From assembly GCA_947176415.1 (NCBI GenBank), contig CAMWQJ010000003.1:4131-68130 (forward strand): a stretch of DNA of 64,000 nt, given 5' to 3'. Each line of letters begins with the position of its first letter. Positions within the stretch are counted from its first letter, which is position 1. Of the stretch, positions 18,366 through 28,267 are shown in pieces. The translations under genes were made by a program, and so were the position numbers. The notes below the pieces were generated by a model. The model saw only the letters and a program-made list of their open reading frames with translations. It did not search any database and was not told where the DNA came from. This stretch comes from an uncultured Ruminococcus sp. (GTDB lineage: Bacteria; Bacillota; Clostridia; Oscillospirales; Ruminococcaceae).

Positions 18366-19154
18366 TTATCCGACTGACTTTAATTCCGCAACTGCAACAT
18401 AATGCTGAATTTCAAAATTATCAGGTGCAATTTCTGAAAGTAACTTTATATGTTCGCATTCCCATGCGGAAATTTCACTTTCTGTAAGAGATGCTCCGAT
18501 ACCACGACAGGATTTCATTCTGCCGTTCCAGCTTTTACGGGTAAAAGGCACTTTCAAATAATATTCTTCATGATAAACAAGATTAAACTTTTCTCTGTAG
18601 CATTCCGGTATGAATACAGGGTGAAGCGTTTCGCCTGCTCCGTTCCATTCAGGATTATATTTCAGCACAAGTTTTTCACTTGCTCCGGCTATTTTATCCT
18701 CATACGGCAACCACGCCATATATAATATCAGAATACTTCCGTCGGGTTTTAATATATTGTAAAGTTCAGGCATAATTCTTTCATGGTCAAAATACCAGAA
18801 ACACTGACAGGCAGTAACAACGTCAAACGAATCACACGGAAAATTTATATCCTCCACTGCCTGTGCATAATATTTAATATTCATGCCCCCTGAAAGTATT
18901 TTTGCCTGTTCTATCTGATTTTCAGAAATATCTATTCCTGTCCATTCAGCACCGTAACGGTACATATTTCTTGGAATAACTCCCGTGCCTGTGCCTAAAT
19001 CCAATACTCTCTGTCCTTTTATACAAAGATTTCTTTTCAATATGCTGTTGTAAAACTCCTGAGGGTAAATGTCACGGAATTTCGCATAGTCCTTTGAAGT
19101 CCTCCCGAAATCAAAAGCCTTTCCGCCATCTATACTCTTATTTTCAATATACAT
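18366..19154 (-). CDS. Class I SAM-dependent methyltransferase
   Basis: VLDLGTGTG motif I, FDVVTACQCFWYF. Confidence 0.88.
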   Translation of the reverse strand: MYIENKSIDGGKAFDFGRTSKDYAKFRDIYPQEFYNSILKRNLCIKGQRVLDLGTGTGVIPRNMYRYGAEWTGIDISENQIEQAKILSGGMNIKYYAQAVEDINFPCDSFDVVTACQCFWYFDHERIMPELYNILKPDGSILILYMAWLPYEDKIAGASEKLVLKYNPEWNGAGETLHPVFIPECYREKFNLVYHEEYYLKVPFTRKSWNGRMKSCRGIGASLTESEISAWECEHIKLLSEIAPDNFEIQHYVAVAELKSVG

Positions 19155-19191
19155 TTTTATACTCCTTGTTACAGATAAATTTAAAAGACTG

Positions 19192-19227
19192 AAAAACAGT
19201 CTCCTTAAAAAATCAGAGACTGTTTTT
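19192..19227 (-). terminator. Terminator after nadC
   Basis: aaaaacagtctc / gagactgttttt perfect stem. Confidence 0.8.
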
Positions 19228-19233
19228 GATAAA

Positions 19234-20073
19234 TTACTTGTTGATTTTCATTGATATGTCAAAACACTTTACAGAATGTGTCAATGCACCGAGAGAAATT
19301 ATATCAACGCCTGTTTCCGCAACGGAACGTATATTCTCGGATGTGACATTTCCCGAAGCCTCGAGAAGTGCCTTTCCGTCCGTAATCTCAACAGCTTTTT
19401 TCATTTCGTCGTTTGTCATGTTGTCAAGCATGATTATTTCAACTTTATTGTCAAGTGCCTCCCGAAGTTCGTCGAGAGTACGGACTTCAACTTCAATCTT
19501 TAAGGTGTGTCCGATTTTTTCACGCAGAGCCGTAACAGCCCCAGTTATACCGCCGTATGCGTCAATGTGATTGTCTTTCAGCATGGCACAGTCCGAAAGA
19601 TTAAAGCGGTGGTTTTTTCCTCCGCCCACAGTAACGGCGTATTTCTGTAACGCACGAAGTCCGGGGAGAGTCTTTCTTGTATCGGTTACACTCGCCTTAG
19701 TTCCTGCCACAAGTTCAACGCATTTATTCGTAGCCGTTGCAATTCCTGACATATGCTGTAAAAGATTGAGGGCTGTTCTTTCACCCTTAAGAAGTGTAAG
19801 CGTACTGCCTTCCATTTCGGCTATTATATCGCCTTTTTCAACCTTTGTGCCGTCCTGAATGAGTATCCTGAAATCAACATCACTGCCGACAAGTTCAAAT
19901 ACTCTTCTGGCAACTTCTATTCCGCAGACAATACCGCTGTCCTTTGCGACGTAATAAGCGGAGCTTTTATGTTCAGGCGGAATAAGATTGTCCGCAGCAG
20001 CATCAATATAATTGATGTCCTCTGTGAGAGCGGTTGTTATAATATTGTCAACATAGCACTGTAAAAGTTTCAT
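19234..20073 (-). CDS. nadC: Nicotinate-nucleotide pyrophosphorylase (carboxylating)
   Basis: GERTALNLLQHMSGIAT, DTRKTLPGLR, KDNHI, IEVEV, LDNM, EASGNV; ATG 20073 with GAGGTG SD. Confidence 0.96.
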   Translation of the reverse strand: MKLLQCYVDNIITTALTEDINYIDAAADNLIPPEHKSSAYYVAKDSGIVCGIEVARRVFELVGSDVDFRILIQDGTKVEKGDIIAEMEGSTLTLLKGERTALNLLQHMSGIATATNKCVELVAGTKASVTDTRKTLPGLRALQKYAVTVGGGKNHRFNLSDCAMLKDNHIDAYGGITGAVTALREKIGHTLKIEVEVRTLDELREALDNKVEIIMLDNMTNDEMKKAVEITDGKALLEASGNVTSENIRSVAETGVDIISLGALTHSVKCFDISMKINK

Positions 20074-20100
20074 AAATATCACCTCTTGATTAAATTAAAA

Positions 20101-21555
20101 TTACTGTATTACCTCGCTGAGAATTATATAAGCCACAGTTACAATGGACTTTGCAAGAACATAGTCCGTATCAACCACATAACCGCTGTTGAGAAGATTA
20201 TCTCTCATCTCGCTTATCTTCCTGAATCCCTCGCCTGCTTCTTTCTTGTCGGGTATTACAAAGTGGCTTTTCTGCATAATACGCCTTGTTTCCGTGCGGA
20301 ATCCTTTAGGCATATGCTGACCGTCAAGGTGAGCGTCAAATTCGGCTGTCTCAAAATCTTTCGGCACGCTGTCAAGTCTTGACTCTATGCACTTTGAGGC
20401 ATGGCGAGAAAATACAAGTGCCTCAAGAAGAGAATTACTCGCAAGTCTGTTGCTACCGTGTACGCCCGTATGCGAACACTCACCGCAGGCAAAAAGATTC
20501 GGCAGGCTTGTCTCTGAATTATTGTCAACGTCTATACCGCCCATGAGATAATGCTGGCACGGGAATATCGGCACTGGCTCTTTAGTCAGGTCAAATCCCT
20601 GTTTAAGAAGATTTTCATATATCATCGGAAAACGCTTTTTGAGAAATTCGTTGTCTTTGTAGCTTATGTCAAGGAAAAATTCCGTTGAGTTCTGTTTTCT
20701 CGATTCGAGGACTATAGAATGCGAAACAACGTCTCTCGGTGCTAATTCAAGTCTCTCGTCGTAATTGTGCATAAAACGCTCCTTGTGGCAGTTAAGCAGA
20801 TAAGCCCCCTCGCCCCTGACAGCCTCCGAAATAAGAAAACATTCCCTTGTTGCTCTGTTGTTGAATGCAGTAGGGTGAAACTGAACATAGCTGAGATTTT
20901 TAATCTTTGCTCCCATTTCATAGGCGAATGTTATTCCGTCGCCTGTTGCAATAGCGGAGTTTGTCGTAAACTCATAAACCCGTCCTATACCGCCTGTAGC
21001 AAGTATCATAAAATGGCAGTTGTAAGTCTCGTAGCCGTTTTCATTCTTCATGAATGCCGAATAGCCTGTAGAAGTCTTTTTAGTACCGCATATAATGGTA
21101 TTTTCCATTATGGTGACGTTTTCAAGATTCTTTACGTTTTCAAGAAGTGTTGAAGTAATCTCCTTGCCTGTTGCGTCTGCATGGTGAAAAATTCTGTGGT
21201 GGCTGTGTCCGCCCTCTAAAGTGCGGTGATACGTTCCGTCCGGATTCCTGTCAAAATCAACTCCGAGCTTAATAATATTCTCCAAATCATGCGATGCCTC
21301 GCTTACAAGCGTATGAACAGTGTCAACATTATTCTTGAATCCCCCTGCAATAAGCGTATCATTGAGATGATACTGAATATTGTCCGTCGGCGAGTTGTAA
21401 ACTCCTGCTATTCCTCCCTGTGCGAGTGAAGAATTGCAAAGGCTTAGTTCACGCTTGCACACGATAAGGATACGGAGCGATGAGGGAAGATTTATAGCCG
21501 AATAAAGCCCCGCAGCCCCGCACCCTGCAATAATAACATCATAATTAAGACTCAT
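20101..21555 (-). CDS. nadB: L-aspartate oxidase
   Basis: GCGAAG FAD motif, SSLAQGGIA, EGGHS, QFHPT, SEAVRGEGA, RLASNSLLE. Confidence 0.95.
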   Translation of the reverse strand: MSLNYDVIIAGCGAAGLYSAINLPSSLRILIVCKRELSLCNSSLAQGGIAGVYNSPTDNIQYHLNDTLIAGGFKNNVDTVHTLVSEASHDLENIIKLGVDFDRNPDGTYHRTLEGGHSHHRIFHHADATGKEITSTLLENVKNLENVTIMENTIICGTKKTSTGYSAFMKNENGYETYNCHFMILATGGIGRVYEFTTNSAIATGDGITFAYEMGAKIKNLSYVQFHPTAFNNRATRECFLISEAVRGEGAYLLNCHKERFMHNYDERLELAPRDVVSHSIVLESRKQNSTEFFLDISYKDNEFLKKRFPMIYENLLKQGFDLTKEPVPIFPCQHYLMGGIDVDNNSETSLPNLFACGECSHTGVHGSNRLASNSLLEALVFSRHASKCIESRLDSVPKDFETAEFDAHLDGQHMPKGFRTETRRIMQKSHFVIPDKKEAGEGFRKISEMRDNLLNSGYVVDTDYVLAKSIVTVAYIILSEVIQ

Positions 21556-21703
21556 GTCTGAACACGTCCTTTTTTTAAGATATAGTTTTACACAAACTTA
21601 TTATATCATAATTTTTCCGATATGTCACTACCAAAAGCACAAATATAAAAAAGATATATATTTTAATATATCTGGTTATAAAATAAATATTTTCCGTAAA
21701 TCC

Positions 21704-21732
21704 TTGACAAATAAGAACTAATGTTCTATAAT
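21704..21732 (+). promoter_or_regulatory. Consensus sigma-A promoter of the uvrC run
   Basis: TTGACA-17 nt-TATAAT. Confidence 0.85.
21715..21726. promoter_or_regulatory. LexA (Firmicutes SOS) box 1
   Basis: GAAC-TAAT-GTTC in the promoter spacer. Confidence 0.85.
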
Positions 21733-21745
21733 TATAAGCATAAAA

Positions 21746-21757
21746 GAACATCTGTTC
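21746..21757. promoter_or_regulatory. LexA (Firmicutes SOS) box 2
   Basis: GAAC-ATCT-GTTC just downstream of the predicted start site. Confidence 0.85.
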
Positions 21758-21787
21758 TTATTTTGTAACAAACGGAGGTAATTAAAA

Positions 21788-22084
21788 ATGTCAAGACGTG
21801 AGAGATATTCGGACACTTTTACAGGAAAGGAAGACAGGAATATAAAAGCACTTATCGAGTCCGACAGCGAGAACGACACGATAATAAAGCTGAAAAAAGT
21901 CCTGTTAAATGTTATAAATAATGGGCTTACACCGAGACAAAAGGAAATTATTATGTTATACTATTTCAAGGGGATTGATACGGTCGAGATAGCCAAAAAG
22001 CTCGGAATAACTCCGCAGGCGGTTTCGGCTGTGCTGTCACGTGCAAGAATAAGAATATACAACATAATGAAACATTACTTTTAA
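21788..22084 (+). CDS. Small sigma-70 region 4 / LuxR-type HTH protein
   Basis: LTPRQKEIIMLYYFKGIDTVEIAKKLGITPQAVSAVLSRAR; GGAGGT SD. Confidence 0.75.
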   Translation: MSRRERYSDTFTGKEDRNIKALIESDSENDTIIKLKKVLLNVINNGLTPRQKEIIMLYYFKGIDTVEIAKKLGITPQAVSAVLSRARIRIYNIMKHYF

Positions 22085-22096
22085 AGGAGATATAAA

Positions 22097-23920
22097 ATGA
22101 ATCAGCGAATTGAATATTTAAGGGAAAAAACCACAAAGCTAACCACTTCGGCAGGAGTATATATAATGAAGAACAGCGAGGGAGATATTATATATATCGG
22201 CAAGGCAAAGAATCTACGCAGACGAGTAGGCAGTTATTTCAGAGAAAATCCTGACCATACACCGAAAGTTTCCGCAATGGTTGAGAATGTATTTGACTAT
22301 GATTTTATAGCCGTTACAAGCGAATATGAAGCCTTATTGCTTGAATGCAGTCTGATAAAACAGCACAAGCCGAAGTATAATATTCTTCTGAAAGACGACA
22401 AGGGCTATAATTATATAAGGGTTTCGGCGGAAGAGTTTCCAAGGATAACCGCTGAAAAAAATAAAAACAAATCGGGAAAATATGTAGGTGTATATACAAG
22501 CGGAACAATAGCAAGGGAGACGGTAAATGAAGTAAACAGAGTATTCATGTTGCCGACCTGCAACAAGGTTTTTCCGAGGGATTTCAGAAAAAACCGCCCC
22601 TGTCTCAACTATCACATAAAGCAGTGTATGGGATTATGCACGGGAAAAACATCAAAAAGCGACTATAATAATATAATAAGTCAGGCTGTGGATTTTATAA
22701 AAAAGGGCAGTACGGAGTATATTTCGCACATGGAAAATGAAATGGAAAAAGCCTCGGAAAATCTTGACTTTGAGAGGGCTTTAATTCTCAGAGACAGAAT
22801 AGAAGCCGTAAAAAAGTCCTCAGCAAAACAGAATGTAATAGAAAGCAGTATAAAATCGGCGGATATTATCGGAAGTGTTGAATCTGATAATATAGTTTAT
22901 ATTTCCGTGCTGATTTATCGTGACGGTCGGCTTTACGACAAAGTTGTTTTTGAAATCGAAAACGACGGCACTTCTGAGGATATTTCAGGGACATTCATGA
23001 TGCAGTTTTATTACAAAAAAAGCGATATTCCCGAATTAATCATAACAGACCATATGCCGACGGACTGTCAGCTTATCGAAGAAATGCTGAATAGTCAATC
23101 AGGCAAAAAAGTTAAAATCAGCATTCCGCAGAAAGGCAGACAATATGAACTTTTAAGGCTTGCAATAAATAACAGTGCGGAGTATGCCTCGATAAAGACA
23201 AACCGCACAGGCAAGGAAATTATCGCACTGGAACAGCTGGGACAAATACTGGGTCTTAAAAGTCCTCCCGAATATATAGAAGCATATGATATTTCAAATC
23301 TCGCTTCTGAATCGATAGTTGCGGGAATGGTTGTCTTTGAAAACGGTCGACCGCTGAAAAAAGCGTACAAGCGTTTTACCGTAAAGCAGTCCGCACAGCA
23401 GAATGACTATGCAAGTATGTATGAAGTTATAAAACGCCGTCTTATGCACATTGTAAATCAGGACGGAGACGAATATTTCAGGCGTACGCCCGACCTCATT
23501 TTGCTTGACGGCGGAAAGGGTCATGTAAACACAATAACTCCGCTTGTCAGGGAAATGGGGCTTGATATAGCGGTTTTCGGAATGGTTAAAAACAGCAGAC
23601 ACCGCACACGTGCCATTGCGTCGGGAGGGCGTGAAATACAGATAAACAATCTGCAATCGGCTTTTAATCTGATAACGCAGATTCAGGACGAAGTACACAG
23701 ATATTCAGTCAGCTATATGCACAGAAAACACAAGGAAAAAACTTATTTTTCGGAGTTAAGGACAGTTAAGGGCATAGGCGAAAAAAAGTCCGAAAAAATT
23801 CTTTTAAAATACAAGACAAAAGACAGTTTAAAAAATGCCACTCCTGAAGAACTCGCCGAAACGGCAGGGGTAAATCCTGATAAGGCAAAAGAATTATGGG
23901 AAGTAATTCAGAATATGTGA
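22097..23920 (+). CDS. uvrC: Excinuclease ABC subunit C
   Basis: GIY-YIG (GVYIM...IYIGKAKNLRRRV), IEAYDISN, LILLDGGKG, QDEVHR, HhH GIGEK. Confidence 0.97.
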   Translation: MNQRIEYLREKTTKLTTSAGVYIMKNSEGDIIYIGKAKNLRRRVGSYFRENPDHTPKVSAMVENVFDYDFIAVTSEYEALLLECSLIKQHKPKYNILLKDDKGYNYIRVSAEEFPRITAEKNKNKSGKYVGVYTSGTIARETVNEVNRVFMLPTCNKVFPRDFRKNRPCLNYHIKQCMGLCTGKTSKSDYNNIISQAVDFIKKGSTEYISHMENEMEKASENLDFERALILRDRIEAVKKSSAKQNVIESSIKSADIIGSVESDNIVYISVLIYRDGRLYDKVVFEIENDGTSEDISGTFMMQFYYKKSDIPELIITDHMPTDCQLIEEMLNSQSGKKVKISIPQKGRQYELLRLAINNSAEYASIKTNRTGKEIIALEQLGQILGLKSPPEYIEAYDISNLASESIVAGMVVFENGRPLKKAYKRFTVKQSAQQNDYASMYEVIKRRLMHIVNQDGDEYFRRTPDLILLDGGKGHVNTITPLVREMGLDIAVFGMVKNSRHRTRAIASGGREIQINNLQSAFNLITQIQDEVHRYSVSYMHRKHKEKTYFSELRTVKGIGEKKSEKILLKYKTKDSLKNATPEELAETAGVNPDKAKELWEVIQNM

Positions 23921-23931
23921 GGTGAAAAAAT

Positions 23932-25260
23932 TTGAACACACCTGTATATGATTTTCTTGAAAAATATTCGCAATCCGACACGCTCCGCTGTCATATGCCG
24001 GGGCATAAGGGAAAATCGTTTTTCCCCGAACTCTCCGCACTTTATTCGCTTGATATAACCGAAATAAAAGGGGCGGACAGTCTTTTTGAAGCGGACGGAA
24101 TAATTGCACATAGCGAGAAAAATTCCTCATGGCTCTATGGCTCGGCAGGAACTGTATTTTCCACCGGTGGCTCTACGCTCTGCATTCAGACTATGCTTGC
24201 CGTAATAAAGTCCGAAAAAAGACGTTTAATCGCCGTGAGAAATGTACACCGTGCTTTTCTGAATGCCGTTGCACTGCTTGACATTGACGTTGAATGGATT
24301 ATCCCCGAATATTCGGGCGGAATCCTGTCAGGCAACATAAATCTCAGCGACGTTGAAAAGGCTTTTGAAAAAAACAATACGCCCTCCGCACTATACGTCA
24401 CATCGCCCGACTATACGGGAAAAACTGCCGATATAAAGGCTCTTGCGGAGATATGCCACCGCCATAACGCAAGGCTTATCGTTGACAATGCCCATGGGTC
24501 GCACCTGAAATTTTTAAAGCCTGATATTCACCCGATAAGTCTGGGAGCGGATATGTGCTGTGACTCCGCCCACAAAATGCTCCCCGCCCTCACAGGCTCG
24601 GCAATGCTTCATACTTCCGTTGCGGAATATGTGCCGATTTTAAAGCAAAAAATGACTATGTTTGCGTCAACAAGTCCGTCCTATCTTATCATGCTGTCGC
24701 TTGATTTGTGCAACAGATACATTGTCGAAAATATAACTCACGATATAGAAAAAAATCTTGCATATATCGAAAAATTCCGCAACGATTTTTCAGAAAAAAT
24801 AATCTTTTCGGACAGCGAACCGTTTCATATAACCATACAGGCGGAAAAAAGCGGTTACTGCGGAAATCAGCTTGCGGAGCTTATGCGGATTAATGGCGTT
24901 GAATGCGAATATTCCGATAGTTCGCTTTTAATACTTCTTATGTCTCCGATGTGCGAAAAGTCCGACTACGAAAGACTTTCGCTGTCCCTTGACTTTGCTT
25001 TGAAAAACGCCGGAAAAAAATCCCCCCGTTATAATGATTTTAATATTGAACTTCCTGAAAAAGCAATGACGGTACGTGAGGCGGTGTTTTCGGAATGCGA
25101 GGAAATAGCCGTTGAAGAGGCTCTGGGCAGAATATGTGCCTCCGTAAAAGTACCCTGTCCGCCTGCCGTGCCAATTGTTGCAAGCGGAGAACGCATTGAC
25201 ATAAAAAGCATAAATATTTTCAGAAAGTATGGAATTTCAAGCGTGATTGTGGTAAAATAA
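23932..25260 (+). CDS. Orn/Lys/Arg decarboxylase family PLP enzyme (YaaO-like)
   Basis: HMPGHKG, DITEI, DNAHG, SAHKMLP, STSPSY, CPPAVP; TTG start. Confidence 0.88.
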   Translation: MNTPVYDFLEKYSQSDTLRCHMPGHKGKSFFPELSALYSLDITEIKGADSLFEADGIIAHSEKNSSWLYGSAGTVFSTGGSTLCIQTMLAVIKSEKRRLIAVRNVHRAFLNAVALLDIDVEWIIPEYSGGILSGNINLSDVEKAFEKNNTPSALYVTSPDYTGKTADIKALAEICHRHNARLIVDNAHGSHLKFLKPDIHPISLGADMCCDSAHKMLPALTGSAMLHTSVAEYVPILKQKMTMFASTSPSYLIMLSLDLCNRYIVENITHDIEKNLAYIEKFRNDFSEKIIFSDSEPFHITIQAEKSGYCGNQLAELMRINGVECEYSDSSLLILLMSPMCEKSDYERLSLSLDFALKNAGKKSPRYNDFNIELPEKAMTVREAVFSECEEIAVEEALGRICASVKVPCPPAVPIVASGERIDIKSINIFRKYGISSVIVVK

Positions 25261-25288
25261 AATATAGAAATAAAAAGGCGGTGAAGAT

Positions 25289-26272
25289 ATGAAAAAAATC
25301 CACGGAAATGAAGTTCTCATTTCAACACTCTGCAATATGGCTAAAAGCGGTCGGACAGCCCATACAGTGTTGTTTTACGGCGAAAAGGGTACAGGAAGAA
25401 AACTTATTGCAGACTTTTATGCAAGCCTTTTATTGTGTTCAAATCCCGTTGACAATATGCCGTGTGGTATCTGCACATCATGCCGTAACGTCGAAAAAAA
25501 GACTCACCCCGATGTTATATATGCCGAGACTTCAGGAAAATTAGGCGGTTATTCGGTAGATACGGCAAGGAAAATCTCAGCGGACGCTTTTATCAAGCCG
25601 AATAACAACAGCGGACGGAAAATTTATATATTCCGTGACTGTCACAATATGGATATACGCACACAGAATACACTGCTGAAAATTATTGAAGAGCCTCCCG
25701 ACTATGCTTATTTTATTTTTACGGCGGAATCAAAGTCCGATTTTCTGCCTACGATAATTTCAAGATGTGTGTGCCTTGCAACTTCGCCGTGCAGTCAGGC
25801 AGAAACAGAAAAGGCACTTGCGGAACAGGGGTATGAATCAAACGAAATTAAAAAGTCAGTTGAATGTTTTCATGGTAATATCGGCATGTGCATAGAGTAT
25901 ATGAAAAATGAAAATCTGCAAAAACAGGTTGATTTGACAAAAAGGCTCGCCGATAGTATAATTAAAAAAGACGAATATTCACTTGATACGGCTTTGTTTT
26001 CGCTCGGCAAGGAAAGAAATGATGTCAGGAACGTTCTTTCAATGCTTGACAAACTCATGCGTGATGCCTCGGTGCTTTTGCAGAATCCGCAGGCGGAAAC
26101 CATAGGTGTATTTCGTGATGGTGCGGAAAAACTCTCACGTGTAATCACTTCACGCATGGCGGAAAAAATTCACATAAGCATTGAAAAGGCATGGTATACA
26201 ATAGAAAGGAATGTTACAATTCCGCTTGCACTTTCTGCACTCTGTGCGGAAATAGCTGAAATTACAGAATAA
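25289..26272 (+). CDS. holB: DNA polymerase III delta-prime subunit
   Basis: LFYGEKGTGR, PCGICTSC, HPDV, NTLLKIIEEPP, PTIISRC. Confidence 0.9.
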   Translation: MKKIHGNEVLISTLCNMAKSGRTAHTVLFYGEKGTGRKLIADFYASLLLCSNPVDNMPCGICTSCRNVEKKTHPDVIYAETSGKLGGYSVDTARKISADAFIKPNNNSGRKIYIFRDCHNMDIRTQNTLLKIIEEPPDYAYFIFTAESKSDFLPTIISRCVCLATSPCSQAETEKALAEQGYESNEIKKSVECFHGNIGMCIEYMKNENLQKQVDLTKRLADSIIKKDEYSLDTALFSLGKERNDVRNVLSMLDKLMRDASVLLQNPQAETIGVFRDGAEKLSRVITSRMAEKIHISIEKAWYTIERNVTIPLALSALCAEIAEITE

Positions 26273-26288
26273 TTATTAGGAGAATGAT

Positions 26289-27155
26289 ATGAAAGAAATT
26301 ATAGGAGTACGTTTTAAAAAAGGCGGTAAGATATATTATTTTTCCCCCGAAGGCATTACGGCAGAAAAAGGCGACATGATTGTTGTGGAGACGGTAAGCG
26401 GTCAGGAATGCGGAGAAGTTGCCATAGCAAACAGAAATATCAACGACAGCGATTTTTCGTCGCCTTTAAAGCCTGTTATAAGGCTTGCAAATGAAAACGA
26501 TTTAAAAATCCTTGCACGCAACAGAAAAAAAGAACAAGACGCTTTTAAAATCTGCGAGGAAAAAATAAAACTCCGCAGACTGAAAATGAATCTCGTTGAC
26601 GTTGAATGCACTTTTGACAACAGCAAACTGCTTTTTTATTTCACAGCGGAAAGCCGTGTTGATTTCCGTGAACTTGTAAAGGATTTGGCAGGGATTTTCA
26701 GAACACGTATAGAGTTAAGACAGATTGGCGTGCGGGACGAAGCCAAAATCCTCGGCGGTCTCGGAATATGCGGACGTGAGTTCTGCTGTAAAAGCTATAT
26801 CGGCGATTTTCAGCCCGTTTCAATAAAAATGGCAAAGGAACAGGGACTTTCACTGAATCCTACGAAAATTTCAGGCACTTGCGGACGGCTTATGTGCTGT
26901 CTTAAAAACGAACAGAATGCCTATGAGTCTCTTCTGAAAATCACTCCTAAAGTGGGAGCATTGGTTGTCACTCCTGATGGAGACAAGGGACGTGTTGAGG
27001 ACGCTAATATTATAACAGGAAAACTCCGCATAAAGACTGATAAGTCCGAAGTGCCTGTGGTTCTCGACAGGAACGAAGTCAAACTTCTGAAAGATGCGGA
27101 AATAAAATTAAACCGTGACGAAATAAAGGCACTTAAAAATCTTGAGGGAAAATAA
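26289..27155 (+). CDS. ricT: PSP1-domain protein RicT/YaaT
   Basis: GVRFK, RVDFRELVKDLA, RIELRQIGVRDEAK, GGLGICGREFCC, KISGTCGRLMCCL. Confidence 0.92.
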   Translation: MKEIIGVRFKKGGKIYYFSPEGITAEKGDMIVVETVSGQECGEVAIANRNINDSDFSSPLKPVIRLANENDLKILARNRKKEQDAFKICEEKIKLRRLKMNLVDVECTFDNSKLLFYFTAESRVDFRELVKDLAGIFRTRIELRQIGVRDEAKILGGLGICGREFCCKSYIGDFQPVSIKMAKEQGLSLNPTKISGTCGRLMCCLKNEQNAYESLLKITPKVGALVVTPDGDKGRVEDANIITGKLRIKTDKSEVPVVLDRNEVKLLKDAEIKLNRDEIKALKNLEGK

Positions 27156-27788
27156 ATGGCAAAAACAAATTACGGAAAAATCCTTGACGGGAAATTAAAA
27201 GATATTTCGGAAAAATGCGAAAAACCCTCTCTCCTGCTCCATGCGTGCTGTGCGCCGTGCAGTAGCCATACACTTGACTTTCTTAATGATTATTTTGATA
27301 TTTTACTGTATTTCTGCAATCCCAATATCTCACCGGAAAGTGAGTTTATTTACCGTCTTGACGAACTGAAAAGACTTGTTGCGGAAATGGATTTCAATAT
27401 TCCCGTTGAAGTTGAGGAGTACAAACCTGAAATTTTCTACTCGCTCGCAAAGGGACTTGAAAATCTTCCTGAACGCAGTGAACGGTGTCGCAAATGTATA
27501 AGATACCGCCTTGAAATGTCGGGGCAGAAGGCAAAAATGCTCGGCTGTGATTACTTCACAACAACGCTTACAATAAGTCCGCACAAAGACAGCGGATTTA
27601 TAAATGAATACGGTGCGGAAGTTGCGGAAAAATACGGCGTTGAATATCTTTTCTCCGACTTCAAAAAACACGACGGCTACAGGCATTCCATAGAATTATC
27701 AAAGAAATACAACCTCTACAGGCAAAATTACTGTGGCTGTATCTACAGTAAAATAAATTCGGAAAAGGACAGATTAAAAAATGGCTAA
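27156..27788 (+). CDS. queH: Epoxyqueuosine reductase QueH
   Basis: LLHACCAPCS, NPNI, ERCRKC, TTTLTISPHK, YRQNYCGC. Confidence 0.92.
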   Translation: MAKTNYGKILDGKLKDISEKCEKPSLLLHACCAPCSSHTLDFLNDYFDILLYFCNPNISPESEFIYRLDELKRLVAEMDFNIPVEVEEYKPEIFYSLAKGLENLPERSERCRKCIRYRLEMSGQKAKMLGCDYFTTTLTISPHKDSGFINEYGAEVAEKYGVEYLFSDFKKHDGYRHSIELSKKYNLYRQNYCGCIYSKINSEKDRLKNG

Positions 27789-28257
27789 GGAACTTAAAAC
27801 TAATGCAATGCGTTTTCTTGACAAAAAGAAGATTGACTATACTGTACAGACTTATCAGTGGGACGAATTTATAGACGGCGTTCATTGTGCAGAGGCTCTC
27901 GGACAGCCTTTGGAAGAGACTTTCAAAACCCTTGTTGCACACGGAAAATCAGGAAATTATTATTGTTTTCTGCTCCCCGTTGCCAGCGAGCTTGATTTAA
28001 AAAAATCGGCAAAAAGCGTCGGCGAAAAATCAGTTGAACTAATCCACGTAAAAGATATAACCGCCATAACGGGCTATGTGCGTGGCGGTTGTACGTGCAT
28101 AGGCATGAAAAAACAGTTTAAGACAGTAATACATAAAAGTGCTGAAAATCTGCCGTTGTTTTATATAAGCGGAGGACGTATAGGCACACAGATACATCTT
28201 TCGCCAACCGCCCTCGCAAAAACTATAAATGCGGACTTTGCGGAAATAATTTTGTAA
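27781..28257 (+). CDS. ybaK: Cys-tRNA(Pro) deacylase YbaK/EbsC
   Basis: KTNAMRFLD, FKTLV, TGYVRGGCT, SGGRIG. Confidence 0.9.
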   Translation: MAKELKTNAMRFLDKKKIDYTVQTYQWDEFIDGVHCAEALGQPLEETFKTLVAHGKSGNYYCFLLPVASELDLKKSAKSVGEKSVELIHVKDITAITGYVRGGCTCIGMKKQFKTVIHKSAENLPLFYISGGRIGTQIHLSPTALAKTINADFAEIIL

Positions 28258-28267
28258 GGAAAAAATC

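Noticed and set aside
19234-21555. nadB-nadC without nadA as a novel NAD pathway
   Set aside because: nadA may simply be elsewhere in the genome; this cannot be judged from one window.
26289-27155. ricT without ricA/ricF, and tmk/yabA missing from the yaaO-holB block
   Set aside because: Stand-alone PSP1 proteins and reduced versions of this block are common in Clostridia.
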